Source: an uncultured Sulfolobales archaeon
GTDB lineage: Archaea > Thermoproteota > Thermoprotei_A > Sulfolobales > NBVN01
Direction of reading: 5' to 3'
DNA length: 60,364 nucleotides
Assembly: GCA_938083005.1 (NCBI GenBank)
Contig: CALKCU010000002.1
Location: 1-60,364, forward strand
Positions within the stretch are counted from its first letter, which is position 1, and every line of letters begins with the position of its first letter. This document shows positions 1 through 9,391 of this stretch, piece after piece. The notes under the pieces are model-generated. The model saw nothing but the letters and a program-made list of their open reading frames with translations. It was not told where the DNA came from and searched no databases. The position numbers were made by a program, and so were the translations under genes.

Positions 1-271
1 TATGATGAACGCGAGGCTCGAGGTCGCCTATCCGTGGACGGGCTGGGGCTACGAACTCGACGCTATCGCCTCCTGCGTCCTGGGCGGCATAATGCTATCG
101 GGAGGAGTCGGAAGCCCCCTGGGACCGGTCTTCGGGGCATACATGCTGACCCTTCTAACGAATGTGCTGATACTCCTGGGTGTCAACCCGTACCTCCAGT
201 GGGTCGTCAAGGGCGTGGTCCTGGTCGCCGCGGCTGTGGCCCTGACGAGAGGACTCAGGTACGTAAAGTAG
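1..271 (+). CDS. Sugar ABC transporter permease (RbsC family), C-terminal part; truncated by window edge
   Basis: G.GYELDAIA.CVLGG..L.GG.GS motif and ..NPYLQ.VVKG.VL are typical of RbsC-type permeases. Confidence 0.85.
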   Translation, partial: MMNARLEVAYPWTGWGYELDAIASCVLGGIMLSGGVGSPLGPVFGAYMLTLLTNVLILLGVNPYLQWVVKGVVLVAAAVALTRGLRYVK

Positions 272-329
272 CGGTTAGCGATCTAGGAAAGCTCTTGCGA
301 GTCCCGTAGGTGCTCTAGGACGGTCGCGC

Positions 330-1385
330 TCAGTCCAGCCTCTCTAGCCTGACACCCTTGGACCTGAGTCCGTTCACTATGTAGTTGAACGCCTTGGGGT
401 CCGGGCCCAGGAGCTCGGGTGGAACCAGACCCTTAGGGACCTCTCCCCTGATTAGGAGGTCAGTGATCAGCGCGGCAGTGTAGCCGGTCACTCGAGCCAT
501 TGAAGTATGTCCTCCGGTCGCTTCGTCGTAGAGAACGTACCTGATAGTCCCGTCCTTGCCGCTTCCCACCACCTCCATCACGGATACGTCGGCGGTTTCG
601 TAAGTCATGTGCGGCAGTATCACCTCCAGCGTCTTCCCCAGGTGCTCTCTCCTGAAGAACCCCAGCTCCTTGAGTATCCTCATCCTCTCTAGGTGCCCCG
701 GCCACCTCAGCGTGTACTCGGTCATCTCGCTCGCTCTAACCGTGTAGAGCATGGTCCTGAGCCCGTCGGTCGGGAACCTCTCGAGCTCGAGCCCTAGGAT
801 TCTCACTCTCTCTATGGTGCTCAGGGGGTCCACCGAGACGATCCTGCCCCCTCTGACCACTCTCGCGGGCCTGAGGTACTCATCTATGAGATCCTCCGGG
901 GAGAAGAGGACCGCGTGGTAGAGCGGCGGCCTGGGCTCCTTGGGTAAACCGCCCACGTTCACCTCGACCCTCTCGAGGGGCCCGAGCTCGCTCTGGATCC
1001 TGCCCACCAGGACGTTGCTAAGCCCGGGAGCGAACCCAGCGTCGACTACAACCGTGATGCCCGCTCCCTCGACGAGGTCCTTGAGCGGGAGAGCGTCCTC
1101 AGGCATGAAGGAGACGTCTACGAGGTCCCTGCGCGCCTCGGTGCAGGCCCCGAGCACTCTGTACCCTAGGCTCCCCGGGAGAGCGTCTACCACGACATCG
1201 AACTCCTTGACGACCTCCACCAGCCTGTCCCAGCTACTCAGGTCCGCGACGAGGGTCCTAACATAGGGCTTGAGGGGTTCCAGGCTTCTCTCGCTCTTGT
1301 CCACCGCGGTGACGTCGTGGCGCCTGCTTAGCTCGAGGGCTATCAAGGAGCCGACCCTCCCAGCTCCGAGGACCGCTATGCTCAC
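330..1385 (-). CDS. Saccharopine dehydrogenase / lysine 6-dehydrogenase family oxidoreductase
   Basis: N-terminal GAGRVG Rossmann motif, DAGFAPGLSN, VGGLP, TDGLRT, TLRWPGH, SMARVTG. Confidence 0.85.
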   Translation of the reverse strand: MSIAVLGAGRVGSLIALELSRRHDVTAVDKSERSLEPLKPYVRTLVADLSSWDRLVEVVKEFDVVVDALPGSLGYRVLGACTEARRDLVDVSFMPEDALPLKDLVEGAGITVVVDAGFAPGLSNVLVGRIQSELGPLERVEVNVGGLPKEPRPPLYHAVLFSPEDLIDEYLRPARVVRGGRIVSVDPLSTIERVRILGLELERFPTDGLRTMLYTVRASEMTEYTLRWPGHLERMRILKELGFFRREHLGKTLEVILPHMTYETADVSVMEVVGSGKDGTIRYVLYDEATGGHTSMARVTGYTAALITDLLIRGEVPKGLVPPELLGPDPKAFNYIVNGLRSKGVRLERLD

Positions 1386-1454
1386 GCTCCTCTACCGGGT
1401 CAGCGTAGGGCGGCTCAAAAAATAGCCTGGGCACTGCTCTAGAGCACGGGCTCT

Positions 1455-2564
1455 CTACTCGTACTCTATCGTGGCCGGGGGCTTCGGCGTTACGTCGAAT
1501 CCCACCGCTCTAATACCGCCGACCTCGAGTAGACTCGAGACGGTCTTCAGGAGGAGCTCGTCCGGGGGTCTGACCACGTCAGCCGTCATGAAGTCCGAGG
1601 TGCTGACGGCTCTAACGGAGACGAAGTATTTGCCCCCAGAGCGCTCGCTCAGCATCACGACGAACCTGGAGACTCCGGCTTTCTCGGTGAGCTCCGAGAC
1701 CTCCCCAGCGTCGAGCCCGGGGTCTCCCTCCAGGAGGGCTACTGGAGCATAGACCCTCCTCCCGCTCCCGACCCCGGTAGCCAGGACCCGGAATTTGCGG
1801 TAGCCCAGGCACCTGCCCGAGCTAAGGCAGACCTCGGCCCGGGGCCCGAGCTCGTGCTCCCACACCGCCGCGAAGTACTGACTCGCCCCGGCGTTGGCAA
1901 GAGTCTCCTCGACGAGCTCCGTGGCCCTCCTGACGATCTCGAGCTTTTCGAGCGTGAGCACTCCAACAGCCCTCACCAGGAGGCCGGGACCCGGGAACGG
2001 CTGCCTCGCGATTACGGCCTCGGGGATTCCCAGATACCTCGCGACCTCTCTGACCTCGTGCTTGTAAAGATCCCTTAGCGGCTCTATCACTCTGACGCCG
2101 AACCTCTCCTGTAGCTCTCCGCTCAACACGTTGTGCTGGGTCTTGACCCCCCTAACGGTTTCGACGACATCGGCTCTAATGGTCCCCTGAACTAAGTACT
2201 CGGCCCCGGACTCTCTGACTATCTCCGACATGACCCTGTAGAAGACCTCCCTAAAGGTCCTCCTCTTCTCCTCGGCGTCGCCGAGCCCAAGCAGAGAGCC
2301 GTAGAACCTCGCCGACTCGTCGACCACCTCAACGTCGATCAAGCCCCTCAGGCTATCCCTGGTCTTCCCGCTCTCGCCCGACCTCATGAAGCCCGTGTCC
2401 ACGTAGACTGCTCTGACGACCTCCCCGAGAGCCCTCCTAACTAGGACCGCCGCCGTGACGCTGTCCACTCCACCGCTCACAGCCGCCAGGACTCTCCTGG
2501 TCCCTCCATAGGCTTTCCTCAGCTCCTCGACGGTCTTCTCGACGAACTCGACCGGGTCGAACAT
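1455..2564 (-). CDS. guaA: GMP synthase, ATPPase subunit B
   Basis: PP-loop SGGVDS, LVQGTI, KTQHNV, RQPFPGPGL, C-terminal KPPATIEYE; no GATase domain. Confidence 0.92.
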   Translation of the reverse strand: MFDPVEFVEKTVEELRKAYGGTRRVLAAVSGGVDSVTAAVLVRRALGEVVRAVYVDTGFMRSGESGKTRDSLRGLIDVEVVDESARFYGSLLGLGDAEEKRRTFREVFYRVMSEIVRESGAEYLVQGTIRADVVETVRGVKTQHNVLSGELQERFGVRVIEPLRDLYKHEVREVARYLGIPEAVIARQPFPGPGLLVRAVGVLTLEKLEIVRRATELVEETLANAGASQYFAAVWEHELGPRAEVCLSSGRCLGYRKFRVLATGVGSGRRVYAPVALLEGDPGLDAGEVSELTEKAGVSRFVVMLSERSGGKYFVSVRAVSTSDFMTADVVRPPDELLLKTVSSLLEVGGIRAVGFDVTPKPPATIEYE

Positions 2565-2648
2565 GGTCCCACCGTCAGCTTAACTCATACTAAATAAGCC
2601 TACCGCAGTCCGTCTCCGACGGACTCCGTCTGGCTTTAATTCTTAAAA

Positions 2649-3326
2649 GTGGCGGTCTACTACGGGGCCTCCGTGGTCGAGGTAGTGTACGTCTCGTGGA
2701 GTAGGGCCCTCAGGCTCTGCTACCGGCTCGCAAAGATGGTGGCCGACTCGGGTTACAGGCCGGAGGTTATCGTAGCTGTAATGAGGGGGGGAGTAGTCCC
2801 CGCGCTCGTGATCAGCGACGTCCTGAACGTGGAGTCCTTCTACGCGATAAGGGTCAAGCACTGGGGAATAGCCGAGGAGGTCCACCCGACGCCTGTCGTC
2901 GAGCAGCTGCCCCAGGGTAGGGTGGAGGGCAGGAGAGTCCTCCTGGTCGACGAGGTCGCGGACACCGGGAAGACCCTGGAGGTGGCCATTAGGGAGCTAT
3001 CGAAGCTGAACCCGAGGGAGCTCAGGTCGGCGGTGCTCCACCTCAAGCCCACGTCAACGGTGGTGCCGGACTACTACGCCGAGAGGCTGGACAGGTGGAT
3101 CTGGGTATTCTATCCCTGGTCGCTAGCCGAGACCCTGATCGCGCTTACCCTGAGGGAGTACGGGAGCGGGGGGCTCACGGAGGAGCAGCTACTAAAGAGA
3201 ACGAGCGGGCTCGCGAAAAGGCTCGGGGTGGGGGGACCCGTGGAGAGGATACTCAGGATCTCACTAAGGTACTACCACCGGTCCCAGAGCTCCGATCCCG
3301 GTGTCAGCTCGGCAGGAGCACGTTGA
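2649..3326 (+). CDS. Purine phosphoribosyltransferase (type I PRTase, Hpt/Gpt-like)
   Basis: RGG loop, PRPP-binding VLLVDEVADTGKT, W.FYPW; divergent from GMP synthase. Confidence 0.85.
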   Translation: MAVYYGASVVEVVYVSWSRALRLCYRLAKMVADSGYRPEVIVAVMRGGVVPALVISDVLNVESFYAIRVKHWGIAEEVHPTPVVEQLPQGRVEGRRVLLVDEVADTGKTLEVAIRELSKLNPRELRSAVLHLKPTSTVVPDYYAERLDRWIWVFYPWSLAETLIALTLREYGSGGLTEEQLLKRTSGLAKRLGVGGPVERILRISLRYYHRSQSSDPGVSSAGAR

Positions 3327-4227
3327 GGTATCTGAACGCAGAGTCCGGGGCTATCGTCACCACGACACTTCCTCTGGGTAGGGATCTCGCGATGCTCAGG
3401 GAGGCGTAGACGTTCGCTCCAGCCGATATCCCGGCCATTACCCCCTCCTCTCTTATCAGCCTCCTCGCGGTCTCGATGGCGTCCCGCCTCGAGACCTCGA
3501 CCACGGCGTCAGCGACCCTCCTATCGAAGTTCCCGTGGACCTTCTTCGACGCCAGCCCGTCGATGTACTCCTCGCCCGGACCCCCGACTAGCCTGGATCC
3601 CCTCGGGGCCACCGCGACCACCTTGACCTCCGGCGACATCTCCTTGAGGAGCCTCCCCACTCCCGTTATAGTGCCGCCGGTGCCGACCCCCATGACGAAG
3701 GCTGTGATCCTGCCTCCCAGGGCCTGCCAGATCTCCCTGGCCGTGGTCTCGTAGTGGGCCCTCACGTTTGCCGGGTTCTCGAACTGGTTCAGGAAGACCC
3801 CTCCGAGCTCCTTGGCGAGCTCCTCGGCAACCCTTATATAGTACCGCGGGGAGGCCGGGTCACTGCTCCCGTAGTGGACCTCGGCTCCCAACAACCTCAG
3901 CATGGCTACTTTCTCCGGGCTTGCCTCCTCTTCGACCACTATCACCGACCTGAGTCCGTAGAACCCGGAGACGAACGCGACGGATATGGCCATGTTCCCG
4001 CTAGAGGCTTCGACCACTACGTCGCCCTCCCTTAGCCCGTACTTCTCGACAGCGTCTCTGATCATGTAGAGAGCGGCCCTGTCCTTGTGGCTACCGGTAG
4101 GGTTCATGTACTCGAGCTTCACGTAGACTTCAACGCCCGGTGGGGAGAGCCTTCCGAGCCTCACGACCGGTGTATTCCCTACAAGCTCGACCAGCCTGGC
4201 GGCGACCGCCGGAGCACCGGAGCGCAT
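3304..4227 (-). CDS. Cysteine synthase / cystathionine beta-synthase family PLP enzyme
   Basis: VGNTP, KLE..NPTGSHKDR (PLP Lys), EASSGN, NQFENPAN, GVGTGGT. Confidence 0.9.
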   Translation of the reverse strand: MRSGAPAVAARLVELVGNTPVVRLGRLSPPGVEVYVKLEYMNPTGSHKDRAALYMIRDAVEKYGLREGDVVVEASSGNMAISVAFVSGFYGLRSVIVVEEEASPEKVAMLRLLGAEVHYGSSDPASPRYYIRVAEELAKELGGVFLNQFENPANVRAHYETTAREIWQALGGRITAFVMGVGTGGTITGVGRLLKEMSPEVKVVAVAPRGSRLVGGPGEEYIDGLASKKVHGNFDRRVADAVVEVSRRDAIETARRLIREEGVMAGISAGANVYASLSIARSLPRGSVVVTIAPDSAFRYLNVLLPS

Positions 4228-4309
4228 GCGCGGATCACCTCCGACCTTCCTACGAGTCCCGAATTTTAATCAGTGTAGTCGTCGCACTTCGCGCGGATCG
4301 GGTCCAGCG

Positions 4310-5536
4310 CTATTCCCCCCGCTGTGCCCAGGGCTTCCGGTACGCGCCGCTGTACCAGGGTACCAGCCTGGCGACAACTCCGAAAGCGTCCTTGAGCATC
4401 CTCTCGTCCGTCATGGGCGGATCGTACTCCCCGGAGGTCTGCACCCTCCAGCTCAGGGTCCGCGCCTCGCCCCTAGCGTACCTGGCTATCGACTCCATCT
4501 TGCCAAGAACGGGCTCCACCTCCCTCAGGAGCTCCCTGTCGCGCACGGACTCCCGGAGCTCTCTCACGAGCTCGAGCACCTCGCCCGCGTTCTCCCTCGT
4601 GACGGTAGCCTCTCTGAGGTCCATAAAGCTGGCCCTGTTGAACTCTACGAACCTCCTGAACCAATACCTGCCGCTCTTGTTGACGATGCTGTCCACGGAG
4701 TCGGACAGGCTCCTCTCCGGGTCGTAGGAGGGGTTTAGCAGCGCCTCCGCCACGGTGTAGAGAGGCACCCTGGACGCCTCGCACTCGTTCATCGGGTTCG
4801 ACACGTACCCGGAGACGTACCTGGCGAGCTCCGGGGGTCTGTTCCTCAGCGGACCCAGGTGGAGCCTGGTTATCCCGTAGACCGTGAAGTAGTCGTTGAC
4901 CGGGTAGTTGTCCCATAGGAACGGCTTCCTGTTGAGGAGCCGGGAGACGGCCTCCAGCTCCTCGACGCTTATCCTGTGGGATGCTACCCACATACCGGTC
5001 CAGACTACGTGTACCCCGGGGTCGACGAGCTCGCCGAGCTCTCTCATGTAGTCCTCCCGGAGCCCGTAGTAGTAGGTGGGGCAGAACACTAGGGACCTCG
5101 GCTTCAGTTCCCTGTACAGCCTGTTCACCAGGTGGGCCTGGGCCTCGGCCAGGGTCCTGAACCCCCTCCCCCTGAGCACTGGGGGGATGTCGTCGAGGAA
5201 TAGAGCCAGGTCCTCGATCCCCAACTCCATGAACCACTCGAACTTCCTCGCGAGCAGAGCCACGTCACGCTCTGACGAATAGTCCACGTCCAGACCGGGG
5301 CTCAAAGCGAACACCACCCTAACGCCGTACCTCGACGCTGCGTCCAGAAGCATGATCAGCCTGTCCGCAAAGCTCGAGTCGTAGGGAAGCCTCCACCGGT
5401 CCCTGTGCAGGGGGTCCCACTTGGGCGCGTAGACGTACGCGTTCAAGCCTACTCTGCCGAGAAACTCCACTAGGCTCAGCCTCTCGGTCCAGTCCCACGG
5501 CGGCCCGTAGAACCCCTCGACAACTCCTAGCAGCAT
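4310..5536 (-). CDS. GH84 beta-N-acetylglucosaminidase (O-GlcNAcase-like)
   Basis: GVVEGFYGPPW, Y.YAPK.DP.HR, catalytic LDD dyad, FCPT.Y, WDNYPVND, SNPM; start reassigned to ATG at 5536. Confidence 0.9.
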   Translation of the reverse strand: MLLGVVEGFYGPPWDWTERLSLVEFLGRVGLNAYVYAPKWDPLHRDRWRLPYDSSFADRLIMLLDAASRYGVRVVFALSPGLDVDYSSERDVALLARKFEWFMELGIEDLALFLDDIPPVLRGRGFRTLAEAQAHLVNRLYRELKPRSLVFCPTYYYGLREDYMRELGELVDPGVHVVWTGMWVASHRISVEELEAVSRLLNRKPFLWDNYPVNDYFTVYGITRLHLGPLRNRPPELARYVSGYVSNPMNECEASRVPLYTVAEALLNPSYDPERSLSDSVDSIVNKSGRYWFRRFVEFNRASFMDLREATVTRENAGEVLELVRELRESVRDRELLREVEPVLGKMESIARYARGEARTLSWRVQTSGEYDPPMTDERMLKDAFGVVARLVPWYSGAYRKPWAQRGE

Positions 5537-5896
5537 AGTCCCGACACATAAGTCCGTTACTGATAAAAGGCTTAGGCTCCCAAACGGGGAGGAGCAGCCC
5601 GCATCGTTCGGGGAGTCGAGAACGCGCGTGGTCTTGCCCGAGAGCGAGCGCGGAGTTACGCTGTTGACGGTATCCGCGCTCTTGGCATCTCTCCCGGGCC
5701 CGCTCCTCATGGTCGGGTTCGAGACGCTCGCGCTCCGCGCTGGCGTAGTCTAACAACCCCTTGCCCGAGCTCCTGTTTTTGGTCCACCAACAGAGAGCCG
5801 AGCATGTCTGGGGCTTTTCCCTTCGAGAGAAACCGTATGCGCTTCCCCGCGGAGCCGGCGAGTTGAACGCTTGCCGAGCACGCGGGGTCCGAACGC

Positions 5897-6670
5897 GTGA
5901 TCCTCGTACTTTTTCCGCGGGTTCTCGAGGAGCTGGGGAGCGTCGTGATCGAGGACCCTGTGGTGCGGGTGATTACCTACGCCCTCATCCCAACGGTGGC
6001 GACAGTCCTAGGCTCCGCGCTGGTATTTCTCCGCTCCGGCCTCGACGAGAGGTTTGCGGATGCTGCCCTGGGGTTCGGCTCGGGCCTCATGGTCTACGTG
6101 GCATTCGCTGAGCTCCTGGTCCCCTCGCTCGAGCTCGGCGGCCTCGGCCTGTCGTTACTGGGGTTTATCGCCGGGTTCGCGCTCATCAAGGCCCTGGACG
6201 TGCTCGTCCCCCACACGCGCATAATCCGGGGCGAGCTGAGCGAGAGGATGGCCCTGGTGGCCCTGGCCATAGCTATACACAACGTCCCCGAGGGCCTCGC
6301 GGTCGGTTCGGCGTCCCTCTACAGCCCCGAGGACGGTCTCGCTGCTGCTATAGCGATAGCTGTGCAGGACGTACCGGAAGGGCTGGTAGTGTCGCTAGCC
6401 GCGATGGCGGCGTCCGGGTCGAGGCTGGTGGGCTTCTCGGTCGGGGTTCTGAGCGCCGCGTCCGAGCTCGCCTCCGCCATGGCTGCCCTGGTGGGGCTTG
6501 TCGAGACCGCGGTGACACTCCCCCTGTTGCTGGCCCTCTCGGCGAGCGCGATGGTCTACGTGGTCATACACGAGGTGGCTCCCGAGATCTTCGGGCACGA
6601 GCATGACGAGTACTCTACAGCGGGGCTCCTCGCGGGGCTGGTGCTAGGCATCCTGACCTCTGCTATATGA
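5897..6670 (+). CDS. ZIP (ZupT/GufA) family metal transporter
   Basis: Hydrophobic; HNVPEG and [11 protein letters not shown] metal-site motifs; start could be GTG near 5945. Confidence 0.9.
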   Translation: MILVLFPRVLEELGSVVIEDPVVRVITYALIPTVATVLGSALVFLRSGLDERFADAALGFGSGLMVYVAFAELLVPSLELGGLGLSLLGFIAGFALIKALDVLVPHTRIIRGELSERMALVALAIAIHNVPEGLAVGSASLYSPEDGLAAAIAIAVQDVPEGLVVSLAAMAASGSRLVGFSVGVLSAASELASAMAALVGLVETAVTLPLLLALSASAMVYVVIHEVAPEIFGHEHDEYSTAGLLAGLVLGILTSAI

Positions 6671-6749
6671 ACTACGGCCCCGCGTTGCGGATCCCTCCCG
6701 CTCCTCCGAGCTTTTTACTCCTAGCCCCTACTATACTCCCGGTGCCTCC

Positions 6750-7538
6750 ATGGCCCGGCTGGAGCAGAGGATATCTAGGACCATATGGAGGAGCACGGCC
6801 CGGGACTGGCTCGAGCTCTCGGACGTCGACGTGGTCGTAGTAGGGGCCGGTCCATCGGGCATGGCGGCGGCCAAGTATCTGGCGGAGAGGGGGTTTAGAG
6901 TCGTAGTTTTCGAGAGGAGGCTCAGCTTCGGCGGCGGCATAGGGGGAGGCGGGATGCTCCTTCACAAGGTCGTTGTAGACGAGAGCGCGCTCCAGGTCCT
7001 CAAGGACTTCAGCATAAGGTACTCTAAGGACGAGGAGGAGGGCCTCTACATAGTCGATGCCTCCGAGCTCATGGCCAAGCTCGCTACCGGTGCCATAGAC
7101 TCTGGAGCCAAGATTATTCACGGAGTCCACGTGGAGGACGTCATCTACCGGGACGACCCGCTCAGGATAGAGGGAGTGGTGGTGCAGTGGAGCGCCGTTA
7201 CGCTATCCGGGCTCCACGTAGACCCCATCTTCGTGACTAGCAGAGCGGTCGTGGACGCGACCGGTCACGAGGCGGGGGTACTCAACATAGTAGCCAGGAA
7301 GGTCCCCGGGGTCAAGCTCCAGCTCGAGGGCGAGAAGTCAGCGTACGCGGAGCTCTCCGAGAAGCTCGTGGTGGAGAGAACCGGGAGGGTCATACCAGGG
7401 CTTTACGTAGCGGGGATGGCGGTTGCTGCCCTCTACGGATTACCCAGGATGGGGCCGATCTTCAGCTCGATGCTGCTATCAGGCAAGAGGGTCGCGGAGA
7501 TAGTGGCCGCCGACCTGAGGGGTCCCGGTCCCCGCTAG
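6750..7538 (+). CDS. thi4: Sulfide-dependent adenosine diphosphate thiazole synthase (His-type Thi4)
   Basis: [19 protein letters not shown] (His in place of the suicide Cys), DATGH, RMGPIF. Confidence 0.92.
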   Translation: MARLEQRISRTIWRSTARDWLELSDVDVVVVGAGPSGMAAAKYLAERGFRVVVFERRLSFGGGIGGGGMLLHKVVVDESALQVLKDFSIRYSKDEEEGLYIVDASELMAKLATGAIDSGAKIIHGVHVEDVIYRDDPLRIEGVVVQWSAVTLSGLHVDPIFVTSRAVVDATGHEAGVLNIVARKVPGVKLQLEGEKSAYAELSEKLVVERTGRVIPGLYVAGMAVAALYGLPRMGPIFSSMLLSGKRVAEIVAADLRGPGPR

Positions 7539-7645
7539 GCGCGGTCCCGCGTCCCGAGGAGACTCGGGCTTCCTAACCCGGTGTAGTGAGGGTCGCAGCG
7601 GTTTTAATCCCCCGTTAGAGCTTCGTATCTCGGTGGAGGAGGTCG

Positions 7646-9391
7646 TTGGGCAGCAGTGGGGCTCTGGCTCTCTGGTTATGGCACTACATGTCCAAGAGGG
7701 CCTTCCTCCTTACTGCTCTCGTAGCGCTGGTGCTGCTAGCGGCCTACGCTGCTAGCCTACCCCCAGTCTTCGTCAGGTACGCTATAGATAGAGGAGTTGC
7801 TGCCGGCTCCCTGGAGGGAGTCCTTCTATACTCGGCCCTGACCGTGGCTATGACCGCGGCGTCTGGCGTCACGAACTTCCTGGCCAGGTACGTCTCGGCT
7901 GGATACGCTCAGGAGGTCACCCACCGGATAAGGCTTGAGGCCTTCGAGTCGGTCCTCAGGAAATACCTGGGGTTCTTCGACAAGTCCTCGGTTGGGCAAC
8001 TGATCTCGAGGATAACCAACGACAGCGAGAGGGTGGCGAGCTTCCTCTCGGACAGGCTCAGGATGATCACTAACGCGGTGGGCCTCCTCGCCTTCTCGGC
8101 CTACAACATGTTCGGGCTCCAGCCGCAGCTCTCGGCAATAGCCGTCTCATCGATGGTCCTCGTGGTCGCGGTCTACGCGCGCTACGCGTCTATCATAAGG
8201 CCTCTCTACGACTCGATAAGGCACCAGCTCGGAGTCCTAGCGTCCCTGACTACGAACAACCTAGTGGGGATCAAGACCGTCAAGGGGCTAAACATAGTCG
8301 GCAGCGAGATGGAGAGATTCGGGCGGGAGAACGAGAAGTTCGCCGAGATGAACGTGAGGGCGGCGAGGGTCAGGGCGTTCTACGGCCACTCTACCGCACT
8401 CGTGCTCGGCATCTCGTCGGCCCTCGTGATATTCTACGGGGCCTACGCTATAGAAAGGGGGGAGCTCACGGTAGGTGGGCTCGCGATGTTCCTTACATAC
8501 ATAGCCGCTCTCTCCAGGCCCCTCAACATGCTGGGCTTCTCGATAGCCGATGTCCAGAGGGCTCTCGCCTCCGCCAAGAGACTCTACGAGCTGACGAGCT
8601 CCGAGGAGGTGGTCCGCGAGAGCCCCGATGCTCTGGCCCTGGAGAGGGTCGAGGGGTCTCTGAGCTTCGTTAACGTATCCTTCACATACCCGTCTGGCAG
8701 GAGAGCCCTTAACCGGGTAAACCTCGAGGTGAGGAGCGGGGAGAAAGTACTCATAGTGGGTCCCCCGGGGTCCGGGAAGTCGACGCTACTGAAGCTGGTG
8801 ATGAGGTTCTACGAACCCGACGAGGGTGCTATACTTCTCGACGGCATCGACGTGAGGGACGTCAAGCTGTCGTCCCTTAGGATGCACGTCGGCTACGTGC
8901 CCCAGGAGCCGTTCATCTTCAACGGCACGATATATGAGAATATAGTCCTCGGGAACCCGAACGTGGTTATGGATGATGTGGTTAGGGCGGCCGAGGTAGC
9001 CAAGATACGCGACTTCATCGAGAGCCTCCCCTGGAGGTTCGAGACCCTCGTGGGTGAGAGGGGAGTGAACCTCTCCGGGGGCCAGAGGCAGAGGATAGCG
9101 ATAGCGAGGGCCCTCGTGAGGAACCCCAAGGTGCTTCTCCTAGACGACCCGGTGGCTAACCTCGACGCTGAGACCGAGAGGGCTCTCCTCGAGGATCTGA
9201 AGGAGATTTTGAGGGGCAGGACGGTCATTATCGTGACTCAGAGGCTCTCGCTAGTCCCGCTGGCGGACAGGATAGTCGTCATGAACGACGGCGAAGTTGT
9301 AGAAGAGGGAACGCATGAGGAGCTCGTGAGGAGGAGGGGGCTCTACTACAGGCTATACACTTCCATGGTGGGAGGGGATGCGAAGGGCTAG
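7646..9391 (+). CDS. Heterodimeric ABC exporter subunit 1 (TMD+NBD; degenerate Walker B and H-loop)
   Basis: GPPGSGKST, LSGGQRQR, LLLDDP (E>D), TQRL (H>Q); TM287-like. Confidence 0.9.
   Translation: MGSSGALALWLWHYMSKRAFLLTALVALVLLAAYAASLPPVFVRYAIDRGVAAGSLEGVLLYSALTVAMTAASGVTNFLARYVSAGYAQEVTHRIRLEAFESVLRKYLGFFDKSSVGQLISRITNDSERVASFLSDRLRMITNAVGLLAFSAYNMFGLQPQLSAIAVSSMVLVVAVYARYASIIRPLYDSIRHQLGVLASLTTNNLVGIKTVKGLNIVGSEMERFGRENEKFAEMNVRAARVRAFYGHSTALVLGISSALVIFYGAYAIERGELTVGGLAMFLTYIAALSRPLNMLGFSIADVQRALASAKRLYELTSSEEVVRESPDALALERVEGSLSFVNVSFTYPSGRRALNRVNLEVRSGEKVLIVGPPGSGKSTLLKLVMRFYEPDEGAILLDGIDVRDVKLSSLRMHVGYVPQEPFIFNGTIYENIVLGNPNVVMDDVVRAAEVAKIRDFIESLPWRFETLVGERGVNLSGGQRQRIAIARALVRNPKVLLLDDPVANLDAETERALLEDLKEILRGRTVIIVTQRLSLVPLADRIVVMNDGEVVEEGTHEELVRRRGLYYRLYTSMVGGDAKG

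Noticed and set aside
6750-7538. Thi4 as a ribose-1,5-bisphosphate isomerase feeding Rubisco
   Set aside because: This is a historical mis-annotation of the family. The motifs are those of thiazole synthase, and a true isomerase is at 30795.
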